In this document: in pieces, positions 1-13,824 of the stretch
Numbering within the stretch: the first letter of the stretch is position 1
Layout: every line of letters starts with the position of its first letter
Source of the DNA: Polymyxa betae A26-41
Taxonomy: Eukaryota; Protista; Endomyxa: Phytomyxea
DNA: 64,000 nt
Reading direction: 5' to 3'
NCBI GenBank assembly: GCA_003693705.1
Contig: RBZT01000564.1
Location: forward strand, 1 to 64,000
Notes under the pieces: generated by a model
Told to the model about the DNA's origin: nothing
Database searches by the model: none
The model's input: only the letters and a program-made list of their open reading frames with translations
Made by a program: the position numbers and the translations under genes

Positions 1-833
1 CTTTGATCGTGATCCAGTCGTTAAGGTTAGACTGCTGCTTGAAAATCAAATTTAGCAGAGAGATTCAAACCCATTACCAATAAATTATCATCTCGGTCGT
101 CCCTGCTTCTTAAAGAACGATTGATTGAGCGGACAATCGATCGTTCCTCGACCTTGTTCAAGAGCTGCATGGTTATCTTTCGCCGAATAAAGGCCGACAG
201 GCGAAGATGCTGGAGCTCTTCAGCGTTTGTCGGATCATGACCTGTATGCATCTGAATGTAACGAGCAGGCACTTGGCCATCCGGGAGCGTAATGGCGAAT
301 ATGCGAGAAGAGCAAGCTTGCTCTAATTTACATGATGCTTTGCTTCGAGAAGGTCGTGCGTTATTATTGGATTTATCTCCGAGAGTGTACTGTTTTTGTT
401 CAGAAGAAGTCTCACATGATCGCCTGCAGACGAACGTCTGGTAGAATTTCCCTGTTTCTTTGATGAATCTGGAATTCAACGAGGCATATTGCGCGTTGAA
501 GCGATCAAGCAAAGAGTCCTTCCACTCTTTGAAGGAATCATGATCAGGAAAATGATGGCACTCTTCTTCAATAGGAGATTCAGGATGTTCCTGTATGAAA
601 AATGATTACATTGCCGTGATAAAACTGCTGTCACTGTCGTTGATTCAAACCTGGAGAATGTGGCTTTGCAGCAAAATGAATGTTGAGATCATTTCTTCGC
701 AAAATGGGCAACTGAATTTCGCCACTTGCAATCTTGCATCAGTAGCAAGACATCGAGAACGATGCCTATTTAACGAAACCTTATTCTTCATAGCTTTGCT
801 GCACAGGGTGCAGATGAATTTCTCTTGCGACAC
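1..833 (-). mobile_element. 5' part of a Mutator/MULE-like transposase gene (two C2H2-type Zn fingers plus WRKY/GCM1-like DNA-binding domain); runs off the window edge
   Basis: ATG at 833. Exon 1 contains CTLC..HRSRC and CPFC..H. After an intron at ~591-650, EHPESPIEEECHHFPDHDSFKEWK joins ORF 27..512 with FVCRRS..KASCKLEQACSSRI..YIQMHTGH..HLRLS, a pattern typical of MULE N-termini. The DDE core and TIRs are not visible. Confidence 0.55.
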
Positions 834-1756
834 TGAATGAACCGTTTCAAGATGCCGATCGAGGTTAAACCGTTTGGCAAACGTCTTGCCGCACGACTAC
901 GGACAAGTCGTTGTCCACGACATGATAGACGAATATGAAGAAAACAAGCGTGGAGAGAGCGAACGACGAAAGCAAGGAGCAGCAGTCGCGAGAGAAGGGA
1001 TTCTTTTGTTAGCTGTAAGAAACCTAAGAGAAGACGTAACCCATACAGTAAGTCTCACTCGCAGAGCGCAGTTTTTATTTTTACAGTTTTGGAATTTGTG
1101 CGCTCGGCGCTTCGCTGGATTTAGCTAGACGCCAGCTTCCGGCGGTCTTGACTTGAAACCCTTATGTTACCATTTGCGTAGTATCGCAATGTGGTTTAAA
1201 TAGTGCGCAGTGTCGCAGTATTTATTACTTCATTAGGAGAAAATATAAGTTGATACAGCTCTGCTCGAAGATATAATGCAGATCACAAATCAAACTTCCC
1301 CAAGCCAGACCATCCGGGACGGATTTCCTGTGCCTCTGGTTTATAGCCATAGCACCCACTTGCAGAGTTTCAATAGAGCAACCATCACAAGATTACATGA
1401 GCCAATAGCATTCGAGCATTGCATAGACCTGATGAAGAATGGTTCATAGACAGAGAATCTATCTGCGTCTATCAATGATCACGTAAAGTGTCCTGTAAGA
1501 GTAGATGTGGTCATGGGGTCGTATGGACACCACACCTCAGTACAGGGCGGGCGGCGAGCCCGCGAGGCATCTTTTGAATCTGGCGCGAAGCTTTTTGCGG
1601 TGATTTGCGAAGGGCGAAAAATCCAGACAAAAAGCTGCGCAGTGAACATGAACAAGTTGCGTGAAAATTCTCCAAGATGATGCGCAATTTCAAAGCGATT
1701 TTTTGGCAATTGTGGCAGCTGGCAGCGGCGAGCTCAAGTTCGGGCCGGGCGCCGCC

Positions 1757-4236
1757 ATGAAGAAAATGGTCGGGGTGCTGTAGGAACCTGTTATCGTCGT
1801 CGCTAATTTGCATAATGGCTGCAGAAACCGGCTCGTCCGCGGGATGGACGCTCCGTCCCATTGAACCCATTCGATGAGCAGAAACGGAAATTAGAAGAAA
1901 AGAAAAAGGTTCTTCTTAGGTTTTTTGCATTGATTTTCAATCGGCATTTTAGCTGCTTCTGGAAATTGTTTCGTCTACGAATTTTCTTAAGCTTTTTATG
2001 CTTGTTTCCAGCCGATTCTCACTGCTTGTTCGGGCAGAGAGAGGCGGAAGAAGAGGCTGCCATCTACGCCAGCTTCGTGTCGTCGTTTGACGGCGATGAA
2101 TCTGCCGCCGGCAAGCGTTTCGTTCGTGCCGGTGAGAAGAGGCCGGCGCCTACGACGTCCTCAGCGCCGCCGTCGTCCTCGGGCCTGGCGTCGATTTTCA
2201 ATCCATCGGCAGCACCATCGGCGCCGAGAAAGAAAAAGACGAAAAACATCGACCTGTTCTTGGAAGAGCTGAAACGGTACGTGGGTTCGCGATCATGCTG
2301 GCTCGCCCATACTGAAACGCACCCATCAGCGAAGCCAAACACGACAAAATCGAGAACCCATCACGAGCACCTTCGTATCCCTGTCAGGTGTTGAGAGGTG
2401 CATCAAGGATTTCTGACAAAAATGAAAACATCGTTTTCCTAAAAGTGGTTGTTTGAAGGATCTTATGCGGGCGATGGCGATCTGCAATCCACGAACCTTT
2501 ACGTCGGGAACCTGGCACCGACGGTACGACCCGCTGCTTTCGTTTCTGTCTGGGCAACCTCGATACTGATCCGGGTGGTGCCGGCCCGCAGGTGAACGAG
2601 ACCAGGCTGCTGGTGGAGTTTGGGAAATTCGGGCCGATCGGCTCTGTCAAGGTTGGCGTTTTTTGTTCGCTGCAAATCTTCATTTTTTTTTCTCAGTTTA
2701 CTTTTTTTGGAAACGTTCATGGCGCTGATTGCCGTTGTAGGTAATGTGGCCGAGGTCGTCGGAAGAGCTGTCACGAACTGCCAGCAAATGTGGTTTCGTT
2801 TCGTTCATGCGTCGCGAAGACGCTGCCGACGCTCTTCGCGAGCTGCAAGGTGAATTCTCCCTTTTGCTCAATTCGCGCTTCTCCTCCAATTTGTCGATTG
2901 TATTCAGGATTCGAGATGGATGGGCAGCCACTTCGAATGAACTGGGGCAAGGCCGTACCGACCCCGGCCGAAGCCCTGCCGATGCCGACGGCGATCGGGG
3001 CGGTCCCGGCTCCGAACCCGAACCTCGACCTGACCTTCACAGTCTCCAAAGAACAATGCAAAGTTGTGGTCGTCCTCCCCGCAGATAAGGTTCTGAGAAC
3101 GAAAATCGACTTGGCCGCCGAATTCACGGCCAAGCATGGCGTTCAATTCGAGGTACAGTACAACGGCGCTTGCAGTCCCTCGTGCTAAGCTGCCTGGACA
3201 GCGGGCGCTGATGGAAGACCAACCCGATTGGGATTTCTTATTCGATCGCGCCTCCGCTGACCATATTTATTATCGATGGAGAGTGTATTCCCTATCGCAA
3301 GGTGAGTCCTTCAATCAATAGTTTTGCAAAAAGAAATTCGAAAAATCTCGTTTCGTTTTCTATTTTTCGGAATTTTTGAGAAAAACGGTTTTGTCGATAG
3401 CCACGAGCTGACTGCCGTCAGGTGATTCGTTGACGAGCTGGAGGACAGCGCCTTTCACCATAACCTGTCACGGGCCGCTCTGGGTAGCACCGCCGTTGCC
3501 GGGCACCGAGGCCGCCGCCATCGGCATCAAGAACCGATCCGGCCTGCCCGACCCCGCCCGGCTCAAGCTCATGGACCTGCTAGACGGATTATCAACTGGT
3601 ACTTCCGTACCCTGCGGGCTAGCAAGCCGCTGATGATTTGTGTCAGACAGGAGGAAGATCTGCTACGCGATGGGATTTGCCATGGATAACGCTGATTTTT
3701 CGGCGGAGATCGTCTCAGAGATCGATTCGTATTTTCAAAAGTAGCGGATTAATTGATGGGTCTGTTTGGGATGCTGATGAAGTCGTAGGGGCGTCATCAC
3801 TGAGATCGTCCCGAAGGTCGTTGCCCTGCTTTATCTTGTCTCCGATATCCTGCACAATTCGTCGTCAGCTACTGTCCGGAACGCCTGGAATTTCCGCAAC
3901 CAGTTCCAAACGCATCTACTCAGCATATTCGAGCGTTTACATCAGGTCTGAAACTGAGTGCTTCGGATCTCGGATCGGCTGATTGCTGATTAGGTCTATT
4001 TCAACATCGACGGGCGGTTAAGCGCAGAGAACATGAAAGAGAAGGTCGTGCGAGTACTTCGTGTTTGGAGGTCGTGGTCCGTCTATCCGAGCGACTTCAT
4101 GACCGAGCTTGAGGATAAGTTCAGCGGGAAACAGGAGACGAAGAAATCTGCGGAAAACGCCCCCGAACAGATTGACGAGGAAATCGACGGGCAGGCGCTC
4201 TCTGACGAAGATATCGATGGCGTCCCGCTGTTTTAA
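1757..4236 (+). CDS. U2SURP: U2 snRNP-associated SURP motif-containing protein (SR140-like: RRM + SURP + CID), multi-exon
   Basis: N-terminal AAIYASFVSSF and IDLFLEELK. RRM STNLYVGNLAP..CGFVSFMRREDA..LRMNWGK. SURP IDLAAEFTAKHGVQFE..HIYYRWRVYS. CID LLYLVSDILHNS..KVVRVLRVWRSWSVYP. Acidic tail DIDGVPL. Confidence 0.9.
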
Positions 4237-4305
4237 CCTATCTCGGGCAGCCAGCCTCTATAAATCCATATTATTCATTCTTTGATTAACAGGCGGGATC
4301 TAGAG

Positions 4306-5947
4306 CTATCTGGAACGTTGGCTCTGGTGCGGACCCTTCCTGAAATAGATGACCAGGACCGAGATGTTGTCCGAGCTGCCTTCGGCATAGGCCGTGCTGG
4401 CAAGGTGCTTGGCCGCCTCCATCGGGTGCTCGCCATGTTTCTGTCTGAATGCCCGCACCAGCCGTACAGCCTCTTCGTTGGAGATTACGTCCCAGACCCC
4501 GTCGCATCCGATAATGACAAATTCGTCGTCTTCAATCAGCGCCATCTGTGAAGACTGTTAATTATAACGCTTAGAATGGCCTCTTTCATACCTGTTGTAT
4601 CTCCGGTGTGTTAATCACGAGTCGGGTCGCCTTCATCTCCAAGTCGCCGATGCTTCTAGAGATTGCCAAGCCACCTAAAACCCCCATAAGAACAATGGTT
4701 CTTAGATTGCTGTGAGCAAAACTATCACCTGGATAGACCCGATAGGGTGGTAATGCTGGACCAGCGAAAGCGCAGCATGCCATCAACGCTTGCGACCAGC
4801 AATCGTTGGTCTTCTGCGTGCAGATAACGCCTGAGCTGGACACTTTCGGGGCGGTTCGGCCAACGTAACCGCCAAGCGACATGATGCGGACGCGTTCGTC
4901 CTTGCGATTCGGTTTATGATCGGACGAGAGAGGCACGCAGCGACCTATAGGCCGCTCTTTAGACGGAGATCAGGACGCATTCGATATTCGAAGACCATTC
5001 CGACACAAAACCGCTCGAGAATCGCCGACATTCGCAACGATCATCTTGTCGTCGACGATGTAGACGACGATGGCTGTCGAACCGGAACTATCACTGAATC
5101 CCTTCTCTCTAAACAAAAGCGTCAGCCTGCTTATCACCGTAGAAGCTGCCCTTACCGAACTAGTTTGCAGAACGTCTCGTCCGTTTTAACGATGGAATCG
5201 CTCAATGCAACGGCGCTCTTCTCGCGAAACTGCTCGTGGTCGACCAGATTCTGCTGGACCATCTTCGAGCAGTAATCAGCACACCATTGGCCGCCGTGTC
5301 CATCATAGATCGCGAACAGGCTCCGATGCGTCCGATCATGCAACGGGCCTTGCTGCGAGGCCAACCTATAGAGCTTCGATCAGCTGCGGCGACGACGAAG
5401 ACGGCCCCGCCCTTACCGATTCAGCTCGGGATGCTGTAATTGGGTGTGATAGTCCTCCATAGTCGGGCGTCGCCCTTGCATTCCAAAGTAGCCTACGATT
5501 TATGTTACAACCGTGTTCACAATGACGCGATGACCCCGGAAAATGGCGCGTCGCCAAAAATACGCTTGCAAGTCAAAGCACAAAGACAGAGCCGAGTCAA
5601 ACGAAACACTGGAGGAAGACGCGTCATGATGACGCGGAAACAGTGGGATAATCACCTGACTGTAACGTAATGCTGATTGTCTCTTTCGATCGGCTGCTGC
5701 AGGACCTCTCTGTCGTTGGCAAAGTGATTGGGATCTGAACAGAGACGGGAGCGAGGGAGACCCTGGGCGATGGCTTCTCGGTTGCAGGCGGGCTCGTTTC
5801 GTCCTTGGCGGTGACCTCGGGGACGGGCTCGGGTCCCGGCACAGTCATGGGGGCGCCGCCGGGCACCGCTGGTTTCGCATCGACTTTGCCGGCGTCGCCA
5901 GGGCCGGCGTCCGACTCGACTTTGCTTGGCAGATCCGGCAGGTCCAT
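4306..5947 (-). CDS. PP2C/PPM family protein phosphatase with Pro-rich N-terminal extension, multi-exon
   Basis: Motifs GRRPTMED, FAIYDGHGG, VANVGDSR, LSSDHKP..ERVRI, GGLAISRSIGD, IIGCDGVWDV and GSSDNISV. Confidence 0.93.
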
Positions 5948-6047
5948 TGCTTAGTCCATATCTCGACCAAGTACGAAGACGATCGTAAGAAAAATCTGCA
6001 AATGCTTTATAGAGCACAAATCACACTGTTCGTTCTGGAAGGAATTC

Positions 6048-7257
6048 TCACTCGGATATTCGCACCACGACGCGTCCAGTGACAGACTGGTCTTCCAATT
6101 CATCGAACACGTCGTTAATCTCATCCAGCGAGCGCTCAGCGATTTTGCACTTGACTACTCCAAGATTGGCTAAACGTAGAGTCTCGTGCAAATCCAATCT
6201 TGTGCCGACGATGGAACCGATGATCTTCTTCCCTCGCGTAATGAGCTCGAAGAGATCGAGGCCTAGTTCGCCAGCCGGCAACGAAATCGCAACGCAGGTA
6301 CCGCCAGGCTTCAAAACTGCCAGGGCGTCTTTGTACGTAGCCGAATCAGGCGAGCATACCAGGACGCTCGTGGGCCCTTCTTTGTCGCAGAGATCGCGCA
6401 CCTTCATAATCATATGTTCGGAGCCGCTGGCGTCTATCGTAACGTCGGCTCCCATATTCTTAATCTCTTCGAGGCGTTCGCGACCTTTGTCGATCGCGCA
6501 GACCTATTAGCCATCTTATCAACTACCATCCACACAAAAGGGTTCTTCAGACCCTCAAACCGAAGTAATGCGCGAATTGAACGGCGAGGTGCCCTAGGCC
6601 TCCAGCGGCACCGAAGATGGCGACCCATTGGCCAGCGTACGCGCCACATTGTTTAACAGCTTTATAGGCAGTGACACCTGCACACAACATCGTCGCTGCC
6701 TGTAAGCTATCCAAGTGCACTGGGATCTTGGTGAGGCAATTTGCATCGATCGCCACGTATTCGGCGTGCGTCCCGTTCACTCCTAATCCGATCGGCAGGA
6801 TATTCCGGCAAAGATTGTCGCTAAGGTGATTGGCTCAGTCATAGCTGACGGTGTCAATATGGCTGTACCATCCAGAAAGACAGAGGTCGCAGCTGCCACA
6901 AACCCCATTGGTCCATGGGATGCCGACACGTTCGTTCAGACGGAATCGACCCAACCTTGAGGCAGTCTCGCCGATTTTCACGATCGTGCCGATGCCTTCG
7001 TGGCCTGTAATGATGGGGACGGTGGCCTGGTTGGACCAATCGCCGTGCGCCACGTGAACATCTGCAAATGGTTTCTAACGTGATTGAGGCGAAGAGCACG
7101 ACTGACCTGTATGGTCAACTCCACTCAGCTGGAGCTTGACCAAGATTTGATTGGGGTCAATTTCGGGGGCTTTATAATCGGAAACTATATCGAGAGGCGC
7201 GCCGACCTTATTTAGAACGGCCGCCCGCATCGTTTTCGGAACCTCTTGCGGTTGCAT
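6048..7257 (-). CDS. Zn-dependent medium-chain alcohol dehydrogenase (AdhP/ADH1-like), multi-exon
   Basis: GHEGIG, structural Zn motif CGSCDLCLSG, CAGVTAYKA, GAAGGLGHLAVQFA, GSIVGTRLDL, GRVVV. Confidence 0.93.
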
Positions 7258-7653
7258 CCTTCAATGTTTGTCGAGACGAAATCCAATCGTTTCTACACAA
7301 AATAGTTGACTGTCACTGGTCGCTTCACTCTCGGAGGCGGCGTTCATTCAACCCATTGGCAGCATACGGCAGCAATCCTTATGAATTTCAAACAGCGCTC
7401 ACTGCTTGGCTGGTAGGAAAGTTCTTTGGAAATTTAACAGGCAATGGCTATCTATCTGTCGTGATGAACTGCAAGCGCCTTGATGCTAAACCGTTCAGCG
7501 CTGCAACATTCGAGTTGAATACTTTTGTCATTGAAACCTTGGAAAAAGTAGGTTTTATTGGACAATGCGGATTTCGATTAAATCAGATCGGATAAATACA
7601 ACGATGATCAGCAGATCAATGCAAGTAAAAAGCAAAATTGAAGAAATTGTTTG

Positions 7654-9059
<1,406 letters not shown>

Positions 9060-9603
9060 GGGTAGCTAGGTGCGACGATGACGGGACTCAGGCAAGTAAT
9101 CAGCCAGTTGGTGTTCGGCGCCCGACAACAACCATTGACCGCGATGGCGGCGTACGTGTCTGTCAGCCGCCGTTTAGCAAGCCGATAAACTTGCGCGCAA
9201 CCGCCCTGCTCGACCATTTGTAACGTTAAACGTTACGAGATACGACCAGCGACGCGGCCTTCCTCTATTTTGGGACTCAAAACTTTCTCGGTTTCTCCGA
9301 CCCGATCAGAGTCTGTCACTGCGTTGTGGTATGGTTGTTGTCGTTGCGAAAGTGACATCAGAATGGACGAACTCGGCGGAAGTTGCAGGTTCCATAGTTG
9401 TAAAGATGACGAGAGCCGAGTCCGGTCTCCGGGCCCCTGACCGTTATGGATTCTGTGTTCGCCTCTGGCACCATATAAAATTGTTTTCGAAGCTCCAATA
9501 AGTTGACATAGAGCCGTTCGCTGACTTCAACTTTCCATCTTTGTTGCAAAATGTGATTGTATGATACTTGCTGGACAGTACCAACTGAGATCTATTGTAT
9601 AAT

Positions 9604-10143
9604 ATGATGAGATCTGGCTTGTTTCTAGCCATCATATCGCTGTATTCAGTTGCCCTCTCTAGGACGCTAGAATCCTGCAGCAGTCAAGGCCAGCCGATTG
9701 CCTGCCGGGTCGCGCTCGCTGATCCGGACGGCCGACCCGATGTCGAGTCCTTACTGGGCTTCGCCCTGACCGACTACGTCCCGCCGAACTCCTTCATCTG
9801 CGCTCTGAACGCCACCCAAATCGAGTCTGTTCGAGCCATACCGGCCGTGCAGTCTGTGAACGTCATCCCGAGGGCCAGTATCGCGGGCCACCTCGCACGC
9901 GACGACCTGCTGGCGAAGATCTCGGTCATGCTCGGGCAGAATCCTTTTCGCAACCAGACCCAAACCGTCGAGCGTTTAAGCCGTGCTCTGAACATGACGA
10001 ATAGCTCAGTTAAAGCAATCGGCAGCGGCCGTATCATCATAGAAGTCGATCAGAGATGGGTGGCCAATGCTACAGCGATTCTCGCCGACCAATGCGAGGT
10101 CGTGTACGTGGAAATAACGCCAACGGCGAAAATTATCGATTAG
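9604..10143 (+). CDS. Secreted ~179-aa protein resembling a stand-alone Kp43/Tag-type subtilase prodomain
   Basis: Intronless ORF with a signal-like N-terminus (MMRSGLFLAIISLYSVALS). LTDYVPPNSFI..VRAIPAVQSV and ILADQCEVVYVEITPTAKIID resemble Kp43-type S8 propeptides. No catalytic domain follows. Confidence 0.6.
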   Translation: MMRSGLFLAIISLYSVALSRTLESCSSQGQPIACRVALADPDGRPDVESLLGFALTDYVPPNSFICALNATQIESVRAIPAVQSVNVIPRASIAGHLARDDLLAKISVMLGQNPFRNQTQTVERLSRALNMTNSSVKAIGSGRIIIEVDQRWVANATAILADQCEVVYVEITPTAKIID

Positions 10144-10436
10144 AGAAATTCGGTTTGTTTTCAAAATGAGCCAGCCCTGTTGAATCCAGTTCTCCATTGG
10201 TGCTACTTTAAATGCGTATTTAGTATTGTTTGGCGCAAATAAAAATACGTCATTGATGTAATTTTGCCGCTAACAAAATTGTTCGCACAAATTCCTCCAA
10301 TAGCTACGCAGTTTTGCACACTGCGAACTTCCGCCCAAAATAATTGCGCCGTCGACCCGTCGCCCCCATGGACATGGGTTTCCTGGCCTGTCGCTGTCGA
10401 GTTGATCAGAAGTGATTGTTATCTCTTTCTAATACT

Positions 10437-13400
10437 ATGCGACCGGTTCGCCTATTCGCTCTGGTCGTCGTCGTGCTTGTGTCGGCCTTGGGCGTCCAGG
10501 CCTGCCATCGCGACAGCTGTCGTTATAGTCGTCTGAAATGCAGAAACGGCGGGTTCGTGGACCCTGCCGACTGCCTGCCGAACATCGAACGAGGCTGTGG
10601 CAGAGAAGCATGGAACAGGACAGCTGTCTGCCATTGCCCTCCTGGATATTATGGCACCGAATGCCAGCTATCCAGCAATCGCAATTGTCCAGAAGGTCAC
10701 GTCTACAGCTATTTCGGCGTCAGCAAACAGGGCCCAGTCGAATCCGAATGCTTCCTCAACTATTTTAGTGCTCTAGGTATCCATAACTTCTTATTTGTTG
10801 CTGATTTCTCTTCATGCAACCTTTTCACGCTTTGTTGTAACGATCTTGCGGTCTGGACAACGCCCTGCCTTCAGTTTCTTTTTTATCTTTCAGTCGGTTT
10901 GTTCTCTGATTCCATGCAGATAAGCCACCGATATTCCTCCGTCATCACCGAATTCAAATACACGCCGACGTCAAGGCCGGGGTTGCGAAAGTCGCGCTTT
11001 TCTCCCGCAGTGGATCAACTCAGGATTGGGCGCTTGGTAAATGCACCAAGGTGCTGTAGCTGGATTCCTTTGAAACCTCTTCACCAACATTCGCTATAGA
11101 CGATTGAGATGTTCACGTTCATCGCCTCTAATTGTCAGACCCGTTCCCGGACGATCGACGGCAAGCGACAAATCGTCATGAGTTGCACGAACAAGGAAAT
11201 CTTCAGCTGTCTGGACGCTGATCGCCGCCACGACCGTGAGAACTGCCCTGAGTATGTCTCGCCTCTGTTTCTCTGCCGTTGCCTGATCTGAATCGTCATA
11301 CAGACTAGCTGTGAAAGGGTTCCAGTTATGGAAACAGGATCAGTCGAAGCCGATCGATATCATCTTCACACCGAGCGCCGTCCAGGGCGAGTACGGCCTA
11401 GAGCTGTCTCTCGAGAACTTGCCCATGATCAATTCGATGACCCTGTCCGGGACGTGTAACGCCGGGCAGTGCATCCCGATGTACTCTTCTCCTGCCGACG
11501 TCGACCTGAGTTCGTTTGAAGTCGAGACGGTCGCGGACCAGCGCAGCTCGGCGTCGTTCGTTGGCGCATTACTGGCGCTGGCGTTCACCGGCGGCCTCGT
11601 CCTGGCCTTGGCCGCGGCCGTCGTTCATGTCACGGCCGAGGCGCATCGCCCGATCAAGGACGTTTTCGATCGGTCGGCGTCGTCGTCGTCGGCGTCGCTG
11701 AGTGCGGCAGGTGACCGCCCGGTCAATGCGGGCTTGCAACGACCGCGTCGCGGCATCTTCTGGGACTCGCTGTCGTTCGTGCTGCGCGGTCCGGCATGGA
11801 CGGCGTGGCTTGGGGGACGCACCCAGCGCCAGATCTTGCAGCCGTCCACGGTGAAACTGATCGGACCCGAGCTAGTCGCCCTCGTGGGTCGATCCGGCTG
11901 TGGGAAATCAACCCTGCTCGACTTGCTAGCCGGTATGACGCCTTTCTCATTTCTTTGCATTTCTGCTGTGTATCTGGCTTTCGATGTGAAATCGTCTTGG
12001 TTCTGAATGCTTTAATAGGCGTCTATAAATCTGGCTCGATTTATGGCGATCGCGGTTTGATCGGTCGCAATACGTCGGTCGGCTACGTGACCCAGAACGA
12101 TGTCTTGCTGCCGGCTTTGACCGTCTGGGAGACAGTCGAGTTCGCGGCCCGGGCCCGCAGCCCGCGCTCGATATCGTCCTCAACGCTGCGCTGGAAGGTC
12201 GCCGCCGTACTTGCCGATCTGGGCCTAGAGAACCAGGCTGGGTCCATGGTCTCAGCGCTTTCTGGTGGTGAAATGCGGCGTCTGGCTCTGGCTTCCGACC
12301 TCATTTGTGCGGTAATACCGGTCCCGCCTCGTAATCAACCACGATGGTCTAATTGTTGTCAACAGCCGGATATTCTCCTGCTGGACGAGCCGACGACCGG
12401 TCTGGATAGCACAAATGCCGCCCTGATCGTGAACGTCCTGCGGAAGCACGTGGTCTTGCACGGCAAGCTGGTCGTCATGACCATCCATCAGCCGGCTCGC
12501 GAGCTGTTCCAGCTGTTCGACCGCGTTCTGCTGATGGGCCCCGGAGGTCGCATCGTTTTCAACGGCAGCCCCTCCAGCGCCATCGAATACATTACGCATC
12601 ATATCAAACGAGTATGCAAATCTTCTCTGACTTTAGCGCTTGGTTTGCTGACGATGATTTATGTTAGGAGCTACCGCCTGGCGCGAATCCGTTCGAGTTC
12701 ATTTTGGAGGCGCTGGACGACGGCGACAATGTCGATATGATGTTCGGCGAGTTCTCATCAAAAGAAGCCGAGACAGCAGCTTGTCTCAGCCTGCTCGAAC
12801 CGCTCACCGAAAAACCGCAAACACCGTCTCTGCCCTTCTTCCATCAGGTACTTCCCCTCGCACATCTATTTTCATCGCCAACGATTCCTTGAGTTTCTTA
12901 AATGATCATCTTGCTCATTTTTCTCGACTTACATTTTGCAGTTGCTTATCATTGATGGTCCCTCTTTAGATCGGAATCTTGTGTCAACGTTCGTTCCGCA
13001 ATTCGGCTCGATCGTCAAAACACTTGGCTCTGTACTACGTGGTCACGATAGTGGTGGCCCTGTTCCTGGGGTTGTCGTTTCTGCATCTGGGTCCGAACCT
13101 ATCTGGAGCACAATCGCGTCTGGGTTTCTTCAGCTGTTCGTCGCTGTTCCTGTCGTTAATATCGCTGGCCTCGCTCGATATGATGATTCATGAGCGTATC
13201 ATCCAGCGCAAGGAGACGCCGCGCTGCTACTCGCCCGCCGCCTATATCGTTGCCAAGCTTATCGCCGATGTCGTCCCGTACCGCATCATACCGGCACTCC
13301 TCTATGCCGCCATCACATACGGCATGGTCGGGCTGCAACCTGGCATGTCCCAGTTTCTCATGTTCTCGCTGGTCATTGTTCTCATTTCGGTCGCGGCCGG

Positions 13401-13824
13401 GGCCAGTACGATGCTGATCTCGTTGCTGACGTCCCGGTTCCGAACCGCAAACATGGCTGCTGTCCTCTACTACCTGTTCAATTTCTGCCTGGGGTCGTCG
13501 CTGATTTCCCGCCTGAATGCCGGCGTGCTGGCCCAGCTTCGGTATCTGGCGGTGTTCAACTACGCCACGGAAGCGCTCTGTGCCATTGAGTTCAAGGGTC
13601 TTACGATCACGGTTGTGAACACGCTCACTGGCAATGAGCCGTTCCCGATCGACGGTGGCCAGTTCCTGTTGCAGACCGGGATGCGTGTCGAGAACCTCGC
13701 CGCAGATGTGCTGGCCCTGTTCGGCTGCATTATGGTGCTATACGCCGGGTCATTGCTGGCTGTGTACGTCGATCGGCGCAAGACTCGGCGGCATCAGGTC
13801 TGGATCGACCCAAACGATCTATGA
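10437..13824 (+). CDS. ABCG half-transporter with signal peptide and Cys-rich EGF-like ectodomain (ADP1-like), copy A
   Basis: Signal MRPVRLFALVVVVLVSALGVQA; EGF-like CRNGG..CHCPPGYYGTEC; one TM; Walker A GRSGCGKST; signature LSGGEMRR; Walker B LLLDEPTTGLDS; H-loop TIHQP; C-terminal ABC2 membrane domain. Confidence 0.9.

Noticed and set aside
7356-7595. Small ORF or C/D snoRNA between ADH and CDK
   Set aside because: The ORF has a non-ATG start and no motif; the C-box-like GTGATGA lacks a properly placed D box and terminal stem.
9604-13824. Dictyostelium Tag-like protease-ABC transporter fusion
   Set aside because: The prodomain ORF ends at TAG 10143, there is no catalytic domain, the ABC gene has its own signal peptide, and it is ABCG-type whereas Tag proteins are ABCB-type.
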